Positions 18,664 through 28,933 of a stretch of 60,018 bases of DNA are shown piece after piece. Origin of the DNA: Bacilli bacterium (GTDB lineage Bacteria > Bacillota_I > Bacilli_A > JBKEDG01); assembly GCA_047973085.1 (NCBI GenBank), contig JBKEBI010000023.1:1-60018 (forward strand). The letters are read 5' to 3'. Every line of letters starts with the position of its first letter. The first letter of the stretch is position 1. The notes below the pieces were generated by a model. The model was not told the origin of the DNA, did not search any database, and saw nothing but the letters and a program-made list of their open reading frames with translations. Both the position numbers and the translations under genes were made by a program.

Positions 18664-20463
18664 ATGAGTCAAAATAATATTAGAAATTTTTCAATTATAG
18701 CACATATAGATCATGGAAAAAGTACATTGGCAGATAGAATTTTAGAATTCACTGGTAATGTTACTTCACGTGAATCAAAAGATCAAATTTTAGATTCAAT
18801 GGATATAGAACGTGAACGTGGTATTACAATAAAGTTGAATGCTGTACAGCTTGAATATAAGGCAAAAGATGGGGAAACATATCTGTTTCATTTAATCGAT
18901 ACTCCAGGTCATGTTGATTTTACTTATGAAGTTAGTAGAAGCTTAGCTGCATGTGAGGGATGTTTACTCGTTGTTGATGCTGCACAAGGCATAGAAGCGC
19001 AAACACTTGCAAATGTTTATTTGGCATATGATAATGATTTAGAAATTGTTCCTGTAATTAATAAAATTGATTTACCTGCAGCGGAGCCAGAGCGTGTACG
19101 TGAGGAAATAGAGAATGTTTTAGCTATTGACGCAGAAGATGCAGTTCTTGCTAGTGCTAAAAGTGGAATTGGAATTGAAGACATTTTAGAACAAGTAGTA
19201 AAGAAGATTCCACCTCCACCAGGAGATGCATCTGCTCCGTTGCAAGCATTGATTTTTGATAACTATTTTGATCCATATCGTGGAGTTATTGCTAGCGTAT
19301 GTATTAAGAATGGGCGTGTTAAAAAAGGTGATAAAATTCGTATGATGGCAACTAATGCTGAGTATGAAGTTGTTAGTGTAGGAGTATATACTCCATTTGA
19401 AAAAGAGAAAGAAGAGTTAGTTTGTGGAGAGGTTGGTTTCATTACTGCTAGTATTAAATCAATTGATTCAACAAGAGTAGGGGATACAATTACGCTTGTG
19501 AATAATCCTGCTACTACTCCACTTGAAGGTTACCGCAAAATGAATCCAATGGTGTTTTCGGGTCTTTATCCAATTGATTCTTCACAATATGTTGATTTAC
19601 GTGAAGCTTTGGAAAAACTAAATTTAAATGATGCTGCTCTTGAATTTGAACCAGAAAGTTCTCAAGCATTAGGGTTTGGTTTTAGATGTGGTTTTTTAGG
19701 ACTTTTACATATGGAAATTATCCAAGAACGTATTGAGAGAGAATTTAATATTCCAATCATTACTACTGCTCCATCTGTTGTGTATCATGTTTATACAACT
19801 GATGGCAATATGATTGAAGTTGCAAATCCTTCAATGATGCCAGAAGTTCAAAAAATAGATCATATTGAGGAGCCGACTGTTAATGCTACCATTATTGTTC
19901 CTAATGAATATGTTGGTAGTGTTATGGAACTTTGTCAAAATAAGCGTGGAGAATTTAAAAATCTTTCCTATATTGATAAGATTCGCGTGGAGATTTCCTA
20001 TATTATGCCACTTGGTGAAATCGTATTTGATTTTTTTGATAAATTAAAATCTAGTACTAGAGGATATGCTTCACTTGACTATTCTTTGAGTAAATATAAA
20101 GAATCTAAGTTAAATAAAATGGATATTTTACTTAATGGTGAAAAAGTAGATGCATTAAGTATTATTGTTCATAAAGATTTTGCATATGGAAGAGGAAAAG
20201 CGATTACAGAAAAGTTAAAAGAAATTATTCCAAGACAGCAATTTGAAGTTCCAATTCAAGCTACGCTAGGTAATAAGGTTGTTGCTAGAAGTACAATTAA
20301 AGCACTTAGAAAAAATGTTATTGCTAAATGTTATGGTGGGGATATTTCTCGTAAGAAAAAGCTTCTTCAGAAACAAAAAGAGGGTAAGAAGCGTATGAAG
20401 GCTGTTGGAAGTGTGGAAGTACCGCAAGAAGCATTTTTAGCTGTGCTTAGTGTTGATGAATAG
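18664..20463 (+). CDS. lepA: Elongation factor 4 (LepA)
   Basis: [23 protein letters not shown] and NKIDL G-motifs plus the LepA C-terminal domain. Confidence 0.95.
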   Translation: MSQNNIRNFSIIAHIDHGKSTLADRILEFTGNVTSRESKDQILDSMDIERERGITIKLNAVQLEYKAKDGETYLFHLIDTPGHVDFTYEVSRSLAACEGCLLVVDAAQGIEAQTLANVYLAYDNDLEIVPVINKIDLPAAEPERVREEIENVLAIDAEDAVLASAKSGIGIEDILEQVVKKIPPPPGDASAPLQALIFDNYFDPYRGVIASVCIKNGRVKKGDKIRMMATNAEYEVVSVGVYTPFEKEKEELVCGEVGFITASIKSIDSTRVGDTITLVNNPATTPLEGYRKMNPMVFSGLYPIDSSQYVDLREALEKLNLNDAALEFEPESSQALGFGFRCGFLGLLHMEIIQERIEREFNIPIITTAPSVVYHVYTTDGNMIEVANPSMMPEVQKIDHIEEPTVNATIIVPNEYVGSVMELCQNKRGEFKNLSYIDKIRVEISYIMPLGEIVFDFFDKLKSSTRGYASLDYSLSKYKESKLNKMDILLNGEKVDALSIIVHKDFAYGRGKAITEKLKEIIPRQQFEVPIQATLGNKVVARSTIKALRKNVIAKCYGGDISRKKKLLQKQKEGKKRMKAVGSVEVPQEAFLAVLSVDE

Positions 20464-21532
20464 TATTTACATTCATATTCCATTTTGTGATAACTTATGT
20501 AATTATTGCGATTTTACCAAAGTTTTAAATTATAAAAACTTCGTAAGAAACTATCTAGATATGTTAGAAAGTGAAATAGTGCAAATATATCAAAATGAAA
20601 GCATTAAAACATTGTACATAGGTGGAGGGACTCCGTCTGCCATGTCTATAACAGAACTAGATAAATTATTTGAAATTATAGATTGTTTTAATCTTTCTAG
20701 TGATTGTGAAATAACTTTTGAAATGAATATTGAAAGTACTACAGAAGAAAAGCTCAACTTACTCTATAAAAATGGAGTCAATAGAGTTTCTTTTGGTGTC
20801 CAAACTTTTAATAACAAGCTTCTTAAAGAACTAAATAGATTTCATAGTGGAGAAAGTGCAGTAGCTATAATTGAATGTGCAAAAAAAATTGGGTTTAAAA
20901 ATATTAATATAGATTTGATGTTTAATCTACCTAATCAAACTATTGAGAATTTAGAGAATGATTTAAAAGTATTTAAAAGTCTAGAGATTAGTCACCTTTC
21001 AATTTATTCACTAATTTTAGAAGAAAAGTCCGTGTTTGGGTTTAGAAATATTGAAGTTAATTATGATAATTTTGATATATGGTATTATAAAATTAAAGAC
21101 TTCTTAGAAGCTAGTAATTATATTCATTATGAAACTAGTAATTTTGCTAAACTTGGATTTGAGTCAAAGCACAATTTAGTATATTGGAACTGTCAAAATT
21201 ATTATGGATTTGGACTGGGAGCAAGTAGCTACATTAGTAATAAGCGATGTGATAATACAACTTCTATTACAAAATATTTAAATGGAGAATTTGTTGCAAA
21301 TTGTCAAATTCTTTCTGAGCTTGAACTAATGCAAGAATATATGTTTTTAGGTTTAAGAAAAATAGAAGGTGTGACATTTACTGAGTTCTATAATATTTTT
21401 GGAAAAAACATATTTGATGTTTTTAATATTGATGAAATAGATAGAGAATTATTTGAAATTAGTGCTGAAACAATTAAATTTTCAAGAAAAGGGTTGATTT
21501 ATGCAAATGAAGTTTTAATTAATTTTATTTGA
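20456..21532 (+). CDS. hemW: Radical SAM heme chaperone HemW (oxygen-independent coproporphyrinogen oxidase-like)
   Basis: [17 protein letters not shown] radical-SAM motif. Overlaps the lepA stop. GTG 20450 is an alternative start. Confidence 0.85.
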   Translation: MNSIYIHIPFCDNLCNYCDFTKVLNYKNFVRNYLDMLESEIVQIYQNESIKTLYIGGGTPSAMSITELDKLFEIIDCFNLSSDCEITFEMNIESTTEEKLNLLYKNGVNRVSFGVQTFNNKLLKELNRFHSGESAVAIIECAKKIGFKNINIDLMFNLPNQTIENLENDLKVFKSLEISHLSIYSLILEEKSVFGFRNIEVNYDNFDIWYYKIKDFLEASNYIHYETSNFAKLGFESKHNLVYWNCQNYYGFGLGASSYISNKRCDNTTSITKYLNGEFVANCQILSELELMQEYMFLGLRKIEGVTFTEFYNIFGKNIFDVFNIDEIDRELFEISAETIKFSRKGLIYANEVLINFI

Positions 21533-21542
21533 AAATACAAAG

Positions 21543-21580
21543 TAAATTAATAAAGATTAGTAAAGATTAATAAATAAATT
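21543..21580. repeat. Four tandem 10-bp TAAAGATTA-like units upstream of the two-component operon
   Basis: The sequence reads agTAAAtTAa TAAAGATTAg TAAAGATTAa TAAAtAAaTt, one unit per helical turn. A 7-bp inverted repeat AACTTAA-TCTG-TTAAGTT follows at 21584-21601. Confidence 0.5.
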
Positions 21581-21664
21581 AACAACTTAATCTGTTAAGT
21601 TGATAGGTGATAAAATTAATTGTATAATTAAAGTAAATTATGTGAAATGGGGTGTAATACTATT

Positions 21665-22333
21665 ATGAAAAATGTATTGTTAATTGAAGATAATTTTGAA
21701 GAAAATGAGCATTTTAGTAAAATATTACGTGAAGCTGGATATACAGTTGTATCAACAACTGATGTTGTTAGTGCACTTGCTTTAGTTGAGCAACTAAATT
21801 ATGACTTAATTATTACAGATTTAAATCTTGGAGATAAATCTGGATTTGATATTTTGAATGAACTTAAAAATAAGAATATAGAGGTGAAAGTGCTTGTAGT
21901 TACTGGATCAGAAAACCCTGAGGATGAAATAAAATCTCTTGGGATGGGAGTGGATGAGTTTATTTCAAAGCCAATAAATAAAGATGTATTTTTAATTAGA
22001 ATTAAAAAAATTCTTAAAAATATTCATGTAAATGTAAATATTTTGTATTCAGAATATGAAAACATTAGAATTGAAACTAAAAGAAGAAAAGTATTTAAAA
22101 ATGATAAAGAGATTCTACTTACTAGAACTGAATATGAGTTAATAAAGTTTTTTCTTCAAAATAAATCTCGTGTTGTAACTAGGGAGGAAATTTTATTTGC
22201 AATTTGGGGTGAAAATAAAAAAGAGTTATACGATGATAGAACAATAAATGTACATATTAATAATGTTCGAAAAAAATTAGGTATTACCGCCGTTGTATCT
22301 GTTAGAGGTGTAGGCTATGAATGGATTGAGTAG
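21665..22333 (+). CDS. OmpR/PhoB-family response regulator
   Basis: Receiver domain (LLIEDN..., DLIITDLNLGD) plus a winged-helix Trans_reg_C domain (LTRTEYELIKFF..., RGVGYEW). Confidence 0.9.
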   Translation: MKNVLLIEDNFEENEHFSKILREAGYTVVSTTDVVSALALVEQLNYDLIITDLNLGDKSGFDILNELKNKNIEVKVLVVTGSENPEDEIKSLGMGVDEFISKPINKDVFLIRIKKILKNIHVNVNILYSEYENIRIETKRRKVFKNDKEILLTRTEYELIKFFLQNKSRVVTREEILFAIWGENKKELYDDRTINVHINNVRKKLGITAVVSVRGVGYEWIE

Positions 22334-23647
22334 ATGAAAAGAGATTCATATAATAATAGAAAATTTATAAGTAAATTGATAATTGGATTAATAGTAATAT
22401 TGCTATTAATCATTTTTGTTGTGATATATGGGTTACATATTAGAGATAAACAAGAGGAAATTAATGAAGAAATCATCAGCTTAATTGATGAGGGAATAAA
22501 AGATAATAGAATAGAAGAGGTAGTTGAGGATTTACAAAGTAGTTATGAGTTTGAAATAGTAGTATATTTTAATGATGAAAAATTTTCCACGTTTGACAGT
22601 GATTACGAATACCAAAGAAATAATTTAGATAGAGATATAATAAATTATGAAGCATTGAATAAAGCAGAGAACTATGATTATTGGATTGCAATATACAATA
22701 TATCATTTATTCAAAATCTTGATAGTATGCTATATATTATTGTTATACTAAGTTGTTTTGCTGTACAGATTTTAGTTCTTTCTATGTACGTATTTTTTAG
22801 AAAGACAATTAAACCAATTGAAACTTTATATGATGGAGTTGTGAATATAACTAACGATCCATATAGTGCTGATGAAGAAAAACAGAAACAGTTCAATGTT
22901 GAACTTGAAAGTCTTGCAAAAAATATTAAACTAATAGGCTCTAATGTTGCACAAGAATATAATTATCTAGAAAAAGATATAGAGCTATACAAGCAAACAA
23001 TAGCTAGTAAAAATGATCTTGTATATAGTTTAGTTCATGAACTAAAGACACCTTTAAGTATACTAAGTGCATATGCTAGCGAAGTTGAATCATTAGAATT
23101 GAGAAATAAAATGGAACTTAAGATAAATGATGTTGTTATGCAAGTAAAAAATATTATGCAATTGTATAAAAATCAAGAACTGTTTGAGCAGAATACAGAA
23201 TTTGATATTAATTATGAAATAAGAGAAATAGTAAAGAATTTCAATCCAGTCTTATTAGAGAATGGTATATTTATTAATGTTAATTTAAAAGGTGAAACTC
23301 TGATAAATTCTAATTTAATTGAATTTAAGTTAATTATAAATAATGCAATATCAAATATAAATAGTTATGCTAAAAAAGATAGCGAGGTTTTTATTGAACT
23401 AGAAAAGACAGAAAAGTTTATTAAAATAACGTTTGAAAATGAAGTAGATAATATAAAGAATGTTAAGTTTGATAAGGTATTTGATTTAAATTTTTCTAGT
23501 GGTAATAAAAATTTAAAAGATGGATTTGGTATGTATTCAATAAAAAAATTAGCAAAGGCTAATAATGCAGAAGTTAAGTTTTACAACAAGGATGAATTAG
23601 TGTGTTTAGAGATAACATATATAATAGGTAGTAAAAATGAAGCTTAA
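22334..23647 (+). CDS. Sensor histidine kinase (two TM segments, HisKA plus HATPase_c)
   Basis: H-box LVHELKTPLS, N-box NNAISNINSYA, G-box DGFGMYS. Abuts the response-regulator stop. Confidence 0.85.
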   Translation: MKRDSYNNRKFISKLIIGLIVILLLIIFVVIYGLHIRDKQEEINEEIISLIDEGIKDNRIEEVVEDLQSSYEFEIVVYFNDEKFSTFDSDYEYQRNNLDRDIINYEALNKAENYDYWIAIYNISFIQNLDSMLYIIVILSCFAVQILVLSMYVFFRKTIKPIETLYDGVVNITNDPYSADEEKQKQFNVELESLAKNIKLIGSNVAQEYNYLEKDIELYKQTIASKNDLVYSLVHELKTPLSILSAYASEVESLELRNKMELKINDVVMQVKNIMQLYKNQELFEQNTEFDINYEIREIVKNFNPVLLENGIFINVNLKGETLINSNLIEFKLIINNAISNINSYAKKDSEVFIELEKTEKFIKITFENEVDNIKNVKFDKVFDLNFSSGNKNLKDGFGMYSIKKLAKANNAEVKFYNKDELVCLEITYIIGSKNEA

Positions 23648-24236
23648 GCTAATACTGATTTCATTATTATTATTATTTAATTTTTCAAATAATATAATTA
23701 ACTCTGAAGAAATAGCGAATGATTTTGTATATGGTACAATTATTGATGGAGAAAAGGATTTACCTATATATAATTTTAAGATAGACCTTTTAGATGTTAA
23801 TGGTAATGTGATTGCAGAAGGAGAAACTAATAGAAAAGGAGAATATCTATTGATTGGAGCTTCAAAAAATGAGGTTGTTCAACTACGTTTAACAATAGAT
23901 AATAAAGTAAGTTTTCAAGAGGTTTTATATGAGCTAAAACGTGGTAGAAAAGTTAATATTACAATCTTTAGTGAAAAAGTAGTAATTTTAGATGAAGATG
24001 AAGAAGAAACTACTATACTTATGGAAGAAAAACAAGATAGTTTTAATAAAGATAGCTATTTTTTAGAAAACAATAATAGTAGCTTTTCAGGAGTTTTTGT
24101 TTCAATTATATTTTCTGTAATAATAATTCTATTATTAGTTACTTTTTTGATATTTGTATATACTTTTATATATTATGGAAAAATTAATACAAGGATAAAA
24201 TATATTTTGAATTTTATAAAGAAAAATAAAGAATAA
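23637..24236 (+). CDS. Secreted, C-terminally membrane-anchored protein with a carboxypeptidase-regulatory-like beta-sandwich domain
   Basis: Signal peptide, then YGTIIDGEKDLPIYNFKIDLLDVNGNVIAEGETNRKGEY, an acidic linker and a C-terminal TM segment. Overlaps the kinase 3' end. Confidence 0.6.
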   Translation: MKLKLILISLLLLFNFSNNIINSEEIANDFVYGTIIDGEKDLPIYNFKIDLLDVNGNVIAEGETNRKGEYLLIGASKNEVVQLRLTIDNKVSFQEVLYELKRGRKVNITIFSEKVVILDEDEEETTILMEEKQDSFNKDSYFLENNNSSFSGVFVSIIFSVIIILLLVTFLIFVYTFIYYGKINTRIKYILNFIKKNKE

Positions 24237-24326
24237 TTAAAAGCAAATTAAGAGCTTGAGAATCTCTATAAAATAAGCTATAAATATGTTACGGTATACT
24301 TACAACGTATTTAGGGGGATGAGATA

Positions 24327-26405
24327 ATGAATAAATTTATTAAAACAATTATTTTAAGTTTTTTATTACTTGGAGTAATAAATATTGGACAAAATGATAT
24401 TTTTGGTGCAGAAGTTAATATTCCAGATGATGCTTTTAGAGCTTGTTTGAATAATAAGTTAGGACAAGAGAGTGATGCGCCAATTACAGATACACAACTT
24501 GCAAGTATTTCAGGTTATAGTTCAGTTATTTGCGAAGATAGCGAAATAAGTGATATAACTGGAGCTGAGTACCTTGTAAATACGTATACGATAATAATAA
24601 GATATAACAATAAAGTGAGTGATATTAGTCCACTTACAAATTTGACAAAATTAAAGACATTAAATTTAACTTATAATCAAATAAGTGATATAACTCCATT
24701 ATCAAATCTTAAAGATTTGACAAAGCTTCATATAGGTGGAAACAATATTAGTGACATAAGTGCTTTGAATGGTTTGACAAAATTAACGGATTTAGACATA
24801 TATGATAATCAAATAAGCGATCTTACTCCTTTACAAAGTTTAAGAAGTTTAAAAACATTACGTGCTTATAAAAATCAAATAAGTGATGTAAGTACTTTAA
24901 GCAATACCCCATATTTAACAACATTAGTTTTAAATGATAATAGTATTGATGATATAAGTGTATTTAGTAATTTAACAAGATTAGATTCTCTAAATATTTC
25001 AAATAATTTATTGGATTCGGATGACTTAGGTTCAATTTCAGATTTGACAACATTAACAAATTTATGGATGGATGATAATCAATTTACAGACGTCAGTTTA
25101 ATAGGTAATTTGACAAACCTAGTATATCTACACTTAAGTAATAATCAAATTACAGATGTGACACCTCTAAGTGAATTAGTGTTAAGAGAGTTGCATTTAG
25201 ATGGGAATTATATTAGAGATTTAAGTCCTATTTCTACATCTAATATAAGTTGGAACTGTAATTTTGAATCTCAAACAATTATTTTAGATGATATAGAAAT
25301 AGATCAAAGTATTTATACTTTAGATGACAATTATATTATAGGAATAAATGGAGAAATAATTAGTTTTAATTCTAATCCTACAGTAGAGCTAGCAGGTGAA
25401 GAAACAAAATCTGCTGAGGCAACTTGGGATACTTATTATAGGTATGGAGTTTGGGGAGCAACGTATAGTGGAAATGTTACAAGGAATGTTACTTATAATG
25501 TGAGTGATCCAACAATAGAAGCAAGTCATATAAAAGTAGCAAAAAATAGTACTTTATCAGATGGAGATATTATTACTAAATCAAACGCACTTGCAAAAGA
25601 TGGACTTGATCTTGACTTGTTAGATAGAATTATTGTGTCAGATAGAAGTAGTTTAGATTTATCAACTACAGGTGTATATTTAGTTGAACTTAGTGTTAGT
25701 GACGACTATGGAAATACAGTAACAGCAACAATAGAAGTAGAAGTTTTTGATTTACTAGTGGAAGTAACAGATCCAGATGGTAATGCAGTATCTGGAGTGA
25801 ATGTAGTAGTAGGTGGATATACAACAGAAGAAAAATATATTGGTGAAACAGATGAGAATGGATACTGGGGAGTAAATGTTGAAGCAACAGATTATGCAGT
25901 AGTTGCATCATTAGAAAATAGTGTGTCAGGTGATATTGTAGAGTTAGAAACAGGAAGTAATCATATACAAATAGAACTTCCAATAACAAAAATGGATGGA
26001 GTAGCATTTGTATATGGAACAGCATATGAAAAAGATACACTTAATGTAGTGCCAGATACAAAGGTTAGTATTAATAGTAAAGCAAGAATGTATAGTAACT
26101 TAGAAGATATAGTAAGTAATGAAAAGGGATATTATTTAGCTATAGGAGTAGCAGATGATATGAGTGCAACAATACTTGCAGAAAAAGAAGGGTATTATGA
26201 CTTTGAAACAGAAGCGATAATTTCTACAATTGGTACAAAAGCAGATTTAGCTTTAAGTACTTTGCCTAGTGAAGGTTCTGATGAGGAAGATTCTTCAGAT
26301 TCAGGAGATGGTGTGTTAGCAAGTACAGGAAAGTCTTTATCTAATATTGGAATATTAAGTTTTAGTATATTAATACTGCTTGCTATTAGAAAATTTAATA
26401 AATAG
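24327..26405 (+). CDS. Internalin-like leucine-rich-repeat surface protein with a C-terminal cell-wall sorting signal (LASTG)
   Basis: Signal peptide and about ten 22-residue LRRs (L..L.L..NQISDI.PLSNL). Ig-like/CarboxypepD_reg-like middle regions. C-terminus is LASTG plus a hydrophobic stretch plus RKFNK. Confidence 0.85.
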   Translation: MNKFIKTIILSFLLLGVINIGQNDIFGAEVNIPDDAFRACLNNKLGQESDAPITDTQLASISGYSSVICEDSEISDITGAEYLVNTYTIIIRYNNKVSDISPLTNLTKLKTLNLTYNQISDITPLSNLKDLTKLHIGGNNISDISALNGLTKLTDLDIYDNQISDLTPLQSLRSLKTLRAYKNQISDVSTLSNTPYLTTLVLNDNSIDDISVFSNLTRLDSLNISNNLLDSDDLGSISDLTTLTNLWMDDNQFTDVSLIGNLTNLVYLHLSNNQITDVTPLSELVLRELHLDGNYIRDLSPISTSNISWNCNFESQTIILDDIEIDQSIYTLDDNYIIGINGEIISFNSNPTVELAGEETKSAEATWDTYYRYGVWGATYSGNVTRNVTYNVSDPTIEASHIKVAKNSTLSDGDIITKSNALAKDGLDLDLLDRIIVSDRSSLDLSTTGVYLVELSVSDDYGNTVTATIEVEVFDLLVEVTDPDGNAVSGVNVVVGGYTTEEKYIGETDENGYWGVNVEATDYAVVASLENSVSGDIVELETGSNHIQIELPITKMDGVAFVYGTAYEKDTLNVVPDTKVSINSKARMYSNLEDIVSNEKGYYLAIGVADDMSATILAEKEGYYDFETEAIISTIGTKADLALSTLPSEGSDEEDSSDSGDGVLASTGKSLSNIGILSFSILILLAIRKFNK

Positions 26406-26409
26406 TTAT

Positions 26410-26438
26410 AAAACAAGTTCGATTTGAACTTGTTTTTT
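26410..26438 (+). terminator. Rho-independent terminator
   Basis: Perfect stem aaaacaagttc/gaacttgtttt, 5-nt loop, T-run. Confidence 0.8.
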
Positions 26439-26506
26439 ATAAATGGTATTTTTTTATGAAATATTTATTATTTAATGTTATAATATTAAACATGGAAGGT
26501 GTAAGT

Positions 26507-26989
26507 ATGAATAAAAATAGTGCAAGAAAACTTTGTTTTGAAAAACTAAATAATATTTCTAATAAAATGAATCGAGATAAAATTGTTAGTGATAAATTAT
26601 CAAAGCTATTAAAAAGCTATAAAAGTGTCGGAATATACATGCCGATAAGAAATGAGTGTGTTTTAAATTTAGAAGGAAATTTTAAGTTATGCTATCCAAG
26701 GGTTTTTGGAAAAACAATGAAATTTTATGATGATAGTGAGGGCTTTAAAAAGAGTGGTTTTGGTATTTTAGAACCAATTAGTACTATAGAGATAATTCCT
26801 GATATTATTATTGCTCCATGTGTAGGTTACTTTAATAACTATCGTTTAGGCTATGGTGGAGGATATTATGATCGTTATTTAGAAATTCATAATATTGATA
26901 CTATTGGAATTGCATATTACGAAACAGAACTTAATAATCTTGAAGTAAATAAGTATGATATTGCTTTAAATAAGATTATTTTAATATAG
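26507..26989 (+). CDS. 5-formyltetrahydrofolate cyclo-ligase
   Basis: C-terminal GYGGGYYDRYL motif. ATG 26507 follows GGAAGGTG. Confidence 0.8.
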   Translation: MNKNSARKLCFEKLNNISNKMNRDKIVSDKLSKLLKSYKSVGIYMPIRNECVLNLEGNFKLCYPRVFGKTMKFYDDSEGFKKSGFGILEPISTIEIIPDIIIAPCVGYFNNYRLGYGGGYYDRYLEIHNIDTIGIAYYETELNNLEVNKYDIALNKIILI

Positions 26990-26997
26990 GTGATGAT

Positions 26998-27459
26998 ATG
27001 AATGAATTTGTTAATGAATATTATGTTATAAGTTGCGCTTTTTTTGGGCTTTTTTCTGCTCAAATACTAAAACCATTTTTTGGATTACTTAGAACTAAAA
27101 AGTTTGATTTGTTACTTATAAATGCAAGTGGTGGATTTCCAAGTTCACATACTTCATTTGTTGTAGCTACTACACTTGCTATTGGTTTGAGAGAAGGATT
27201 TAGCAGTTCAGTATTTGCTATTGGAATAGTTTTTAGTTTGATTGTTATGTACGATGCAATGAATGTTAGATATTATGCTGGTAAAAACATTGAGTTAACA
27301 CAACAAATAATTAGAGATTTAAAAGCACATGAGTTTAAACTTGATAATCCATTATATATTAATAACTTAAAAGAAATTCTAGGACATGAAAGACTAGAAG
27401 TGCTTGGAGGGCTTATTTTAGGAATAGCAACACCATTTATTATCAATACATTATTTTAG
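26998..27459 (+). CDS. Divergent PAP2 (acid phosphatase/vanadium-haloperoxidase-related, YuiD-like) membrane protein
   Basis: GGFPSSHTS motif. 153-aa membrane protein. Confidence 0.8.
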   Translation: MNEFVNEYYVISCAFFGLFSAQILKPFFGLLRTKKFDLLLINASGGFPSSHTSFVVATTLAIGLREGFSSSVFAIGIVFSLIVMYDAMNVRYYAGKNIELTQQIIRDLKAHEFKLDNPLYINNLKEILGHERLEVLGGLILGIATPFIINTLF

Positions 27460-27466
27460 GGGCAGT

Positions 27467-28342
27467 ATGAAAAATTTTTGGTTACTAGTTCTAGTTAGTG
27501 CAATTTGGGGATCTTCGTTTATTTTTATGAGAGTATTGTCTCCTATATATGGAGGATATTTTGTAGCATTTTCTCGTATGTTCATTGGAGGGATTTTTAC
27601 TCTTATATATGCAAAAATAGTTGGAGTAAAGTTTGATTTTAAAAATAATTTTAAACATTACCTTTTTATAGCATTTTTTAATGGAGCCTTACCACTTACA
27701 TGCTTTTCACTTGCAGCTGTTTATATAGATGCTTCACTGTCAGCAATTTTGAATAGTACATCATCAATTTTAGCTAGTATTTATGGAATATATTTTTTAA
27801 AAGAAAAGTTGAGTATAAAGCAAATTTTTGGGTTGATGTTAGCATTTTTTAGTTTACTGTATATTACAATTTTAAAAGATGCAAGCCAAGATGTTAAAGT
27901 TATTGGAATTATATTAGCGCTCATTGCAACGAATGGTTATGCAATAAGTAGTATTTATATTTCATTAAAAGCAAAAAATGTTGATTCAAGAGCATTTGCC
28001 TCAGTGTCTACTTTTATGGGAAGTATGTTACTTTTACCTCTTGCATTTTCAACAGTACAAATAATTGACTCAAATTATGTTTTCCATTTTTTATTTTTAG
28101 GAATTATGTGCACTGGTGTTGCTTATCTAATATATTTTTATTTAATTAAAAAGATAGGCGTTAAAGCACTATCTACAACATTTTTACAGCCAATATTTGG
28201 AAGCATATGGGCAGTACTTTTCCTAGGTGAAATATTTACGCTAAGAATGGCAGCTACAACACTATTAATTGTACTGGGAGTATATGTTTTCTTAAGTGAT
28301 AAAATAAAAGGGGAAAGAGATTATGGCAAGATTAAAAATTAG
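27467..28342 (+). CDS. EamA/DMT-family transporter
   Basis: About ten TM segments with duplicated EamA-type organisation. Confidence 0.8.
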   Translation: MKNFWLLVLVSAIWGSSFIFMRVLSPIYGGYFVAFSRMFIGGIFTLIYAKIVGVKFDFKNNFKHYLFIAFFNGALPLTCFSLAAVYIDASLSAILNSTSSILASIYGIYFLKEKLSIKQIFGLMLAFFSLLYITILKDASQDVKVIGIILALIATNGYAISSIYISLKAKNVDSRAFASVSTFMGSMLLLPLAFSTVQIIDSNYVFHFLFLGIMCTGVAYLIYFYLIKKIGVKALSTTFLQPIFGSIWAVLFLGEIFTLRMAATTLLIVLGVYVFLSDKIKGERDYGKIKN

Positions 28343-28859
28343 ACAAAATTGTGAATTAGATAAAGGAACAGTAAAAGTGCTAGAAAACTATGAAAGATCA
28401 AGTGGAATTAATCATACTGTTTATAGAGTTATTGCTGCAAAACCAGAATTACTAAAATCTTTTATGAACTATACTGCTTCTATAAGAACTAATTCTACAC
28501 TAGATGCTGGACTAGAAGAACTTTTAATGTATTTTGTTTCAAATATAAATAGGTGTGATTACTGAGCTACAGCTCGTATCGTTTCGGGGAAGCGTAAAGG
28601 CATTTTAATCGAAAAGTTTGAGAATATTTATGACTATAAAGATAGAAGTGATTTGTTTAGTAAAAAAGAACAAGCAGTATTAAATTTTGTTTCAAAAGCT
28701 ACTTTAAATTCTCTATCTGTAATTGATGAGGATGTAAAACAGTTAAAAATTTATTTTAGTGAAGCACAAGTGATTGAAATTTTGTTTTTTGTAAGCTATA
28801 TGTTAACTACAAATACAATTATTAATACTCTAGATATAGAATTGCCAGAAGGATTGTAA
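28323..28859 (+). CDS. Carboxymuconolactone decarboxylase/AhpD-family protein with an in-frame TGA at 28563-28565 (candidate selenoprotein, otherwise a pseudogene)
   Basis: ORFs 28323-28565 and 28653-28859 share one frame with no other stop between them. Read-through gives ...FVSNINRCDY[TGA]ATARIV..., which places the TGA at the second Cys of the family CxxC motif. Confidence 0.6.
28572..28601 (+). promoter_or_regulatory. Candidate bacterial SECIS-like hairpin
   Basis: Starts 7 nt after the TGA. Upper stem CGUUUC/GAAGCG with a GGG apical loop about 21-23 nt from the UGA, and a bulged U below it. Lower pairs UA/UA and GCU/GGC. Confidence 0.4.
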
Positions 28860-28861
28860 AG

Positions 28862-28888
28862 CATTGAAGTATAAACTTCAATGTTTTT
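28862..28888 (+). terminator. Rho-independent terminator after the AhpD-family gene
   Basis: Stem cattgaagt/acttcaatg, 4-nt loop, TTTTT. Confidence 0.75.
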
Positions 28889-28894
28889 AAAATT

Positions 28895-28924
28895 AAAAGA
28901 CTGTTGCTAATTTGTCAACAGTCT
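28895..28924 (-). terminator. Terminator for the convergent minus-strand operon
   Basis: 9-bp stem agactgttg/caacagtct with a T-run on the minus strand. Confidence 0.65.
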
Positions 28925-28933
28925 AATATAAAT

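Noticed and set aside
24600-25250. Regularly spaced repeats in the 24.6-25.2 kb region as a possible CRISPR or tandem DNA repeat array
   Set aside because: The 66-bp periodicity is the coding periodicity of 22-residue leucine-rich repeats within one long ORF. The repeats are diverged at the DNA level and there are no spacer-like unique segments.
28563-28565. TGA read as tryptophan (genetic code 4) to explain the split AhpD-family gene
   Set aside because: TGA clearly terminates at least five well-supported genes in this window: apbE, the NusG-II gene, yhbY, nadD-yqeK and comEC. A Trp would also not fit the CxxC column.
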